From Flavobacteriaceae bacterium (GTDB lineage: Bacteria > Bacteroidota > Bacteroidia > Flavobacteriales > Flavobacteriaceae): DNA of 32,109 nt. Position 1 is the stretch's first letter. Every line of letters starts with the position of its first letter. Location of the stretch: NCBI GenBank assembly GCA_002713705.1, contig PAUJ01000003.1, positions 30,677 to 62,785 on the forward strand, given 5' to 3'. The notes below the pieces were generated by a model, which was not told where the DNA came from, made no database searches, and worked only from the letters and a program-made list of their open reading frames with translations. Positions 9,186 to 16,147 of this stretch are shown in pieces. The position numbers were made by a program, and so were the translations under genes.

Positions 9186-9755
9186 TTATTTATTTATTCC
9201 TTTTAACAGCACTTCACTTAAGTTAGCAGCTAAAAGTGAAGGCTCCATATCATCTTTTTTTGGGACCCAAAGGTATAATGATCTTAAGGTAGATAGGATA
9301 GAAAATACCATAATATCGGGATTTATATTTTTTATTTCATTTTTTAAAATACCTTCACTGATAATATTTCTAAAAGAATTTTCATATTCCATACGCAAGG
9401 CTAAATAATGGTTTAATTGATCCTTTAAATGCATCCAATCGTTATTTAAAGAAGCCATTCCGTTAGTATTCCTGCTGGAAATATCTATATGTAAAATAAT
9501 AATTTGCTTTAATTTATATATGCAATCATTATTGCCACTTTTTATTTTTTCTAATCCATCAATAAACTCTTCCGCCAGTGATATAATAATAAATGTAAGA
9601 ATATCCTCTTTGTTCTGTATGTGATTATAAAGGCTAGCAGCTTTAATTCCCATTACTTTTGCGATATCTCGCATCGTGACAGCACTATAACCTTTTTCTT
9701 TAAAAAGGGTAGAGGCTACGGAAATAATTTCTAATTTTCTGGGAGATGGTTTCAT
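9186..9755 (-). CDS. paaR: TetR/AcrR-family transcriptional regulator, probably the paa repressor PaaR
   Basis: N-terminal TetR HTH (LFKEKGYSAVTMRDIAKVMGIKAASLYNH); lies immediately upstream of paaE. The PaaR name is inferred from context. Confidence 0.75.
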   Translation of the reverse strand: MKPSPRKLEIISVASTLFKEKGYSAVTMRDIAKVMGIKAASLYNHIQNKEDILTFIIISLAEEFIDGLEKIKSGNNDCIYKLKQIIILHIDISSRNTNGMASLNNDWMHLKDQLNHYLALRMEYENSFRNIISEGILKNEIKNINPDIMVFSILSTLRSLYLWVPKKDDMEPSLLAANLSEVLLKGINK

Positions 9756-10195
9756 GTGTCAATACTATTTAATAAATCAGTCACATGTTGTTCCCTAATT
9801 ATCATCCCTTTGATTGTAAAAATTTTATATGCTTGTTTCATAGAAAAGGCAAGTTATCATTTCTTTTTTTATTTTCAATTCTGATATTATAGTTTGTATG
9901 AGAATTGTTCAATTTATTTTAATTTCACTTTAAATTGAAAAATTCATCTTTTAAAAATATCATGATTGATAAATGCTATACCAAGAACATAGGCAACATC
10001 AACTTTTATTCACAAGTTAAATTCAATTAAATAGTATATAGAGTTGCTTTTTAATTTCATAGTTTCAATACATCTCTAATCAACATCTTTCTTGCCCATT
10101 ACAAAGTTAATCTTAATAAAAAAATTCAATTAGGTATAGATAAAATATGTAATTTCAGTTCATAAAGTTATATTGCATTGTAAATAATAAAAATC

Positions 10196-11176
10196 ATGTC
10201 TCTAGAAAATATCCGTAAAGAAGTAATGCAAACTCTTGGTAAAAACATCAATCAATTTGTAGATAAGTTTCTAGTAGACGCTGATAAAATTTGGCAACCT
10301 TCCGACTTTTTACCAAACCCTCAAGGTGCTAATTTTTTGGAAGAAGTAAAAGAAATTCAAGAATTAGGAAAAGAATTAGATGATGATTTTTGGGTAAGTT
10401 TGGTGGGTGATACAATTACTGAAGAAGCACTACCAACTTATGAATCTTGGCTTATGTCTCTAGATGGAGTCAATCAAGATCCAGATAATGGCTGGGCTAA
10501 ATGGGTAAGAGCCTGGACTGCTGAAGAAAACAGACATGGTGATGTTCTTAACAAATATTTATATTTATCGGGGAGAGTAAATATGAGAGAAGTTGAAATT
10601 TCAACACAACATTTAATTGCAGATGGTTTTGATATTGGAACAGCAACTGACCCATATAAAAACTTTGTTTATACAAGTTTTCAAGAATTAGCTACGTATG
10701 TTTCTCATAATAATGTAGCCAAATTAGCTCGAAAAAAAGGACATAAAACCCTGGCAAAAATGTCTAAAATAATTGCTGGAGATGAAATGAGACATCACTT
10801 AGCATATTCTCATTTTATTGAAGAAATATTTAAAATTGATCCTTCAGAAATGATGTTGGCCTACTATTATATGATGAAAACTCAAATAATTATGCCTGCT
10901 ATGAATTTAAGAGAATCATTCGGAGAAAAAACATCTTTATTTGATCAGTTTTCGATAGTAGCCCAGCGTGCTGGTGTTTACACAGGCTTTGACTATGTAG
11001 ATATCATGAGAAAATTAAATGTGCTTTGGAGTATCGATAAAATTACGGAATTAAATTCCGAAGCTGAAAAGGCAAGAGACTATTTAATGCGATTACCAGA
11101 TAGAATGTATCGATTGGCAGAACGATCTGTTATTCCAGATACAAAGTATCAATTTAAATGGATGACTAAAATGTAA
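10196..11176 (+). CDS. Acyl-ACP desaturase (soluble di-iron, DesA-type)
   Basis: TITEEALPTY, WTAEENRHG, FQELAT and DEMRH di-iron motifs. Confidence 0.9.
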   Translation: MSLENIRKEVMQTLGKNINQFVDKFLVDADKIWQPSDFLPNPQGANFLEEVKEIQELGKELDDDFWVSLVGDTITEEALPTYESWLMSLDGVNQDPDNGWAKWVRAWTAEENRHGDVLNKYLYLSGRVNMREVEISTQHLIADGFDIGTATDPYKNFVYTSFQELATYVSHNNVAKLARKKGHKTLAKMSKIIAGDEMRHHLAYSHFIEEIFKIDPSEMMLAYYYMMKTQIIMPAMNLRESFGEKTSLFDQFSIVAQRAGVYTGFDYVDIMRKLNVLWSIDKITELNSEAEKARDYLMRLPDRMYRLAERSVIPDTKYQFKWMTKM

Positions 11177-11223
11177 GTCTCTTTTTACATTGAAATAACT
11201 TTTTTCCTTAAATTTCGTTCAAT

Positions 11224-11994
11224 TTGAAATATATTTTACTTTTTATATTATTCCCTGTTTGGGTTTGGTCTCAACAGTTATCTTTAGTTGAAACTTGGCC
11301 ATTGGATGCAGATACGTTTGTAGGAATAGATTCTTATAAAGACATCTACTATGTTAAAAATCAGGTATTCTACAAAAAAAACTACACTAATACATTTAAC
11401 TTTAAGGACTTCCAATTAGGTCAAATTTACTCGGTAGACATCATCAATCCTATGACTATTGCTGTTTACTATCAAGATTTTAATACAGTAGTTTTATTAG
11501 ATAACAAATTGTCTGAAATCGAACGAATTAATTTTAATAACCTTTCAGAATTCATAAATTCCAGTCAGGCAATGGTTGCTGCTAATAATAGCTTGTGGTT
11601 TATTAATATGGATTCTCAGCAATTAGAATTGTACAACTACCGCTTAAAAAATAAAATCTTAGTTTCTCAACCTATTAACGGCGAAGTGTTATCAGTCGCT
11701 AGTAATTTTAATTATTGTTATGTTTTAACAGACTCTAAAATAAGAGCTTATAATATTTACGGAAGTCTTCTTTCCGAAATAAATAATGAAGGCTTTCAGA
11801 AAATCGTACAACTAAACGGAAATTTAATTGCATTAAAAAATAATGATCTCTTTTACATCGATAAAGAGACCCAAGAAATAACAAAAATAAAATCTCCTGA
11901 AATAAGTATAAAAGATTTGCAGCTTACGCAAGATTTCCTTTATATTTATGACGGAAAAAAGATAAGTATATTTAAATTAACTCTTCCAAAGTAA
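11224..11994 (+). CDS. Hypothetical exported protein, beta-rich (possibly propeller-like)
   Basis: 256-aa ORF with TTG start, signal-peptide-like N terminus (MKYILLFILFPVWVWSQQ) and short hydrophobic beta-strand repeats; ends 6 nt before the kinase gene. Confidence 0.7.
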   Translation: MKYILLFILFPVWVWSQQLSLVETWPLDADTFVGIDSYKDIYYVKNQVFYKKNYTNTFNFKDFQLGQIYSVDIINPMTIAVYYQDFNTVVLLDNKLSEIERINFNNLSEFINSSQAMVAANNSLWFINMDSQQLELYNYRLKNKILVSQPINGEVLSVASNFNYCYVLTDSKIRAYNIYGSLLSEINNEGFQKIVQLNGNLIALKNNDLFYIDKETQEITKIKSPEISIKDLQLTQDFLYIYDGKKISIFKLTLPK

Positions 11995-12000
11995 TACTTT

Positions 12001-12615
12001 ATGCACGTTGCAATCGCAGGAAATATAGGAGCTGGAAAAACGACATTAACTCGTTTACTAGCTAAACATTATAAGTGGAAAGCTCAATATGAAGATGTAG
12101 AAGACAATCCATATTTAGATGACTTCTACAATAAAATGGAACGTTGGTCTTTTAATCTTCAGGTTTATTTTTTAAATTCTCGTTTTCGACAAATTTTAGA
12201 TATTCGAAGAGATAAAAAAACCATTATTCAAGATCGAACGATTTATGAAGATGCATTTATTTTCGCCCCTAATCTTCATGCGATGGGATTAATGACCAAT
12301 CGTGATTATGAAAATTACCGCTCATTATTCGATTTAATGGAAAGCGTAACAGAAGCACCAGATTTACTAATCTACTTGAGAAGTTCGATACCAAATTTAG
12401 TGGGTCAAATCCATAAGCGAGGAAGAGAGTACGAAAGCTCTATTAGTATTGATTACCTAAGTAGACTTAATGAACGTTATGAAGCCTGGATTGATCAATA
12501 TAAAAAAGGAAAAATAATAATTTTAGATGTCGACCATATCGATTTTGTAGATAACCCAGAAGATCTTGGAAACATCATCAATAAGATTGATGCGGAGATT
12601 AATGGATTGTTTTAA
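12001..12615 (+). CDS. Deoxynucleoside kinase (dAK/dGK family)
   Basis: P-loop GNIGAGKTT, LQVYFLNSR, IQDRTIYED, GREYE lid. Confidence 0.92.
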   Translation: MHVAIAGNIGAGKTTLTRLLAKHYKWKAQYEDVEDNPYLDDFYNKMERWSFNLQVYFLNSRFRQILDIRRDKKTIIQDRTIYEDAFIFAPNLHAMGLMTNRDYENYRSLFDLMESVTEAPDLLIYLRSSIPNLVGQIHKRGREYESSISIDYLSRLNERYEAWIDQYKKGKIIILDVDHIDFVDNPEDLGNIINKIDAEINGLF

Positions 12616-12631
12616 ACAAAACGTTAAAAAT

Positions 12632-12681
12632 ATATTCATAAAAAAAACCTACTAATTTTAGTAGGTTTTTTTTATGAATAT
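12632..12681. terminator. Bidirectional intrinsic terminator between the convergent kinase and hppA genes
   Basis: Perfect 24-bp inverted repeat ATATTCATAAAAAAAACCTACTAA / TTAGTAGGTTTTTTTTATGAATAT with A8/T8 tracts. Confidence 0.88.
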
Positions 12682-12694
12682 TAATTAAGTAATT

Positions 12695-15448
12695 TTAATC
12701 TTCTTTCTTTGGGTTGAGTTCTAATGAAAATTCAATAGTAACTTCATCACCAAGAGAAACACCTTCTTTTCCAACACCAAATTCTGTTCTCTTTATCGTA
12801 ATTTCACCTTCAAAAGCAGCAGACGGATATCCCCTACCTGTATCTTGTTTACCTAGATAAATCAGAGGAAATTCTATTTCCTTGGTAATATTTCTTATTG
12901 TTAAGTCTCCGGTTACGCTCATTCCATTACCTGTATTTTTAAAACTTTTTGAAACAAAAGTCATCGTTGGAAATTTAGCTGTATCAAAATACTCATCTGA
13001 TCTTAAATGATTGTCTCTATTTTCATTTGAAGTATTAATTGACTCAACATCAATAGTAACGTTCATAGAAGGGGTATCAGAAAAATCTATGACACCTTGA
13101 ATTTTTTGAAAACTACCTTTTGATTTAGCTAAAAAGTGTCTGATAGAAAAATCTACATAAGAATGACTAGCGTCTAATGACCAAACTCCTTGCAATTCTG
13201 AAGTGTTACTTTTCATTACCTCTTCAACTACAACGACCGTCTCTAACACTTTTACTTTATCTTCAGAACTATGTCCTCCTAATATAGGTGCGATCACCAA
13301 TCCAATTAAACACGTAAGTTTAATTAAGATGTTCATGGATGGCCCAGAAGTGTCTTTAAATGGATCACCAACGGTGTCTCCTGTGATTGCTGCTTCATGA
13401 GCGGCAGACCCTTTATGTGTCATCTCACCATTAATCATTACACCTGCTTCAAACGATTTTTTAGCATTATCCCAAGCACCACCTGCATTGTTTTGGAAAA
13501 TTGCCCAAAGCACACCACTTACTGTTACTCCAGCCATATAACCGCCTAACATTTCAGCAATCATTAAATTATCCATTCCAAAAAGCATTGGTACAAATGC
13601 AATCACTAAGGGAAAACCAATAGTTAATAAACCTGGTAACATCATTTCCTTTAGGGATGCTTCCGTAGAAATTGCTACACATTTATCATATTCTGGTTTC
13701 CCAGTACCTTCCATAATTCCTGGAATTTCTTTGAACTGACGACGTACTTCATATACCATTTCCATCGCCGCTTTACCAACTGCATTCATTGCCAAGGCAG
13801 AGAATACCACTGGTACCATACCTCCAACAAATAACATGGCTAAAACAGGTGCTTTAAAAATATTAATACCATCAATACCAGTAAATGTTACATATGCTGC
13901 AAACAATGCCAATGAAGTTAATGCTGCAGAAGCAATAGCAAAACCTTTACCAGTTGCAGCTGTTGTATTACCAACTGAATCTAAAATATCTGTGCGTTCT
14001 CTAACGATAGGATCTTGTTCGCTCATTTCAGCAATTCCACCTGCATTATCTGAAATAGGTCCAAATGCATCAATTGCTAATTGCATCGCTGTTGTAGCCA
14101 TCATTGCTGATGCTGCCATAGCAACACCATAAAATCCTGCAAAAGCATAAGATGACCAGATTGCAGCAGCGAATAAAATTACTGTTGGGAAAGTTGAGAT
14201 CATCCCTGTTGCTAAACCTGCAATAATATTTGTACCTGCTCCTGTAGCAGATTTTTGCACAATATTTAAAATTGGTTTTTTACCTAAACCAGTATAGTAT
14301 TCGGTTACTGAAGAAATAACTGCTCCAACAACTAAACCAACTAAAGTTGAATAAAAAACACGCATTGCAGAAATATATTTTAACACATTACCATTGGATT
14401 CAAAGAAATTCATTTTCATGCTTTCTGGTAACATCCAGATACATAAGAAATAACAAGACACTGCTACTAATAAAATTGAAAACCAGTTTCCTTTATTAAG
14501 AGCTCCCATAACTTGAGATTCTTTGGCATCGTTACTTTTAATACTTACTAGCATAGTACCAAGCATGGAAATAAGTATTCCAATACCAGCAATAGACATC
14601 GGTAATAATATAGGTCCTATTTTACCAAAGCCTGCAAATAGGTCTATGTTGTTTACATCTATAATATAGTTCCCTAAAACCATAGCAGCTAACACTGTTG
14701 CTACGTAGGAACCAAATAAATCTGCTCCCATTCCTGCAACATCACCTACATTATCTCCAACATTATCAGCAATGGTTGCTGGATTACGAGGATCATCTTC
14801 TGGAATACCAGCTTCTACTTTACCTACTAAATCTGCACCAACATCGGCAGCTTTTGTGTAGATACCTCCACCAACACGAGCAAATAAAGCGATAGATTCT
14901 GCACCTAAAGAAAACCCTGCAAGGGTTTCTAATATTTTAGTCATGTCTGTTGTATTTGTCCAACCGTTTGGCATAAAAATCCAAAAGAAAGCTATAAAAA
15001 ATACAGTTAAACCAAGAACGGCTAAACCAGCTACGCCCAATCCCATAACAGTTCCACCACCAAAAGAAACTTTTAATGCTTGTGGCAAACTTGTTCTAGC
15101 TGCTTGTGTGGTTCTTACATTTGTTTTAGTAGCGATCTTCATACCCATGTTACCTGCTAATGCAGAAAATACAGCTCCAAAGATAAAAGCAATAACAATT
15201 AATATACTTGTAGATTCTACAACTTGAGATACAATTGCTAATAAAACACTAGAAACTAAAACAAATATGGTTAGTAACTTATATTCTGCTTTTAAGAATG
15301 CCAAAGCACCTTCATAAATGTGGCTAGAAATTTCAGCCATTTTACCATCTCCTGCATCTTGTTTTAATACCCAAGATCTTTTTATCCACATATAAGCTAG
15401 ACCGATTATGGCTGCCGCTATTGGCATATAAATCATCATTGATTCCAT
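12695..15448 (-). CDS. hppA: K+-dependent membrane-bound pyrophosphatase with C-terminal YceI domain (fusion)
   Basis: GGGIYTKAADVGADLVGKVEAGIPEDDPRN, DNVGDNVGD, GNTTAA, NNAGGAWDNAKK and GDTVGDPFKDTSGPS. The last 164 aa show YceI motifs (WSLDASHSYVDFSIRH, RDNHLRSDEYFD, GDLTIR, IKRTEFG). Confidence 0.93.
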   Translation of the reverse strand: MESMMIYMPIAAAIIGLAYMWIKRSWVLKQDAGDGKMAEISSHIYEGALAFLKAEYKLLTIFVLVSSVLLAIVSQVVESTSILIVIAFIFGAVFSALAGNMGMKIATKTNVRTTQAARTSLPQALKVSFGGGTVMGLGVAGLAVLGLTVFFIAFFWIFMPNGWTNTTDMTKILETLAGFSLGAESIALFARVGGGIYTKAADVGADLVGKVEAGIPEDDPRNPATIADNVGDNVGDVAGMGADLFGSYVATVLAAMVLGNYIIDVNNIDLFAGFGKIGPILLPMSIAGIGILISMLGTMLVSIKSNDAKESQVMGALNKGNWFSILLVAVSCYFLCIWMLPESMKMNFFESNGNVLKYISAMRVFYSTLVGLVVGAVISSVTEYYTGLGKKPILNIVQKSATGAGTNIIAGLATGMISTFPTVILFAAAIWSSYAFAGFYGVAMAASAMMATTAMQLAIDAFGPISDNAGGIAEMSEQDPIVRERTDILDSVGNTTAATGKGFAIASAALTSLALFAAYVTFTGIDGINIFKAPVLAMLFVGGMVPVVFSALAMNAVGKAAMEMVYEVRRQFKEIPGIMEGTGKPEYDKCVAISTEASLKEMMLPGLLTIGFPLVIAFVPMLFGMDNLMIAEMLGGYMAGVTVSGVLWAIFQNNAGGAWDNAKKSFEAGVMINGEMTHKGSAAHEAAITGDTVGDPFKDTSGPSMNILIKLTCLIGLVIAPILGGHSSEDKVKVLETVVVVEEVMKSNTSELQGVWSLDASHSYVDFSIRHFLAKSKGSFQKIQGVIDFSDTPSMNVTIDVESINTSNENRDNHLRSDEYFDTAKFPTMTFVSKSFKNTGNGMSVTGDLTIRNITKEIEFPLIYLGKQDTGRGYPSAAFEGEITIKRTEFGVGKEGVSLGDEVTIEFSLELNPKKED

Positions 15449-15483
15449 ATTTTATTATTTTATTATTTTATTATTAAGGTTTG

Positions 15484-15491
15484 CAAAAGTA
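15484..15491 (-). promoter_or_regulatory. -7 promoter element for hppA
   Basis: TACTTTTG, 35 nt upstream of the ATG and downstream of the ppa terminator. Confidence 0.6.
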
Positions 15492-15508
15492 GTAAATCTA
15501 AATAGAAT

Positions 15509-15542
15509 AAAAAACCCCTCAGAAAACTAATTCTGAGGTGTT
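15509..15542 (-). terminator. Intrinsic terminator after ppa
   Basis: Minus strand AACACCTCAGAA-TTAGTT-TTCTGAGGGGTT (one mismatch) running into a T6 tract. Confidence 0.72.
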
Positions 15543-15565
15543 AACTTTATGTTTATTAGTAGCTT

Positions 15566-16093
15566 TTAAATGGTAAAGTTACCATTAGTTTTATGCTCAC
15601 TATTCTCGTACCTATCCACACATTTATTCAAAATCTCATAGGCTTCTGAAGCATCTCCCCATCCTCCAACATCAACTTTTTTCTCCTCTAAATCTTTATA
15701 TACTTGAAAAAAATGTTCTATTTCTTTTACCATATGAGGATTCATATCAGACAGATCATTTAAACGATTCCAAATAGGATCCGAAATTGGAACACAAATT
15801 AATTTCTCATCTGGTCCTTTTTCATCAGCCATATGAAATACGCCTACAGGTTTTACTTCCATCACACACATTGGAAATGTTGGCTGACTTCCAAGAACTA
15901 AAACATCTAAGGGATCGCCATCTAACGCTAATGTTTCAGGTATAAATCCGTAATCTGCTGGATACATCATAGATGAAAACAACATCCTATCAAATCTAAT
16001 TTTATGTAAATCGAAATCGTATTCGTATTTATTTCTACTTCCTTTTGGTATCTCTATTAATACATCAAAAGATTTGTTTCCGTTTTTAGCCAT
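15566..16093 (-). CDS. ppa: Soluble inorganic pyrophosphatase, family I
   Basis: EIPKGSRNKYE, YPADYGFIP, DGDPLDVLV, DEKGPDEK, FFQVYKDLE. Confidence 0.95.
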   Translation of the reverse strand: MAKNGNKSFDVLIEIPKGSRNKYEYDFDLHKIRFDRMLFSSMMYPADYGFIPETLALDGDPLDVLVLGSQPTFPMCVMEVKPVGVFHMADEKGPDEKLICVPISDPIWNRLNDLSDMNPHMVKEIEHFFQVYKDLEEKKVDVGGWGDASEAYEILNKCVDRYENSEHKTNGNFTI

Positions 16094-16107
16094 ATCTAAA
16101 TTTTATG

Positions 16108-16115
16108 CAAAATTA
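16108..16115 (-). promoter_or_regulatory. -7 promoter element for ppa
   Basis: TAATTTTG, 14 nt upstream of the ATG. Confidence 0.55.
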
Positions 16116-16147
16116 TAATTTCCTTTTTAAAATAGAAGATTTTATTA

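Noticed and set aside
9925-9963. Phe-rich mini-ORF MIFLKDEFFNLK upstream of the regulator, as a possible Phe-sensing leader peptide
   Set aside because: TTT/TTC codons are abundant in AT-rich DNA, and no attenuator hairpin follows.
10196-11176. Acyl-ACP desaturase as part of the paa system, e.g. sharing the PaaE reductase
   Set aside because: It is divergent, 440 nt away, has no operator copy, and is a common housekeeping-type gene in this group.
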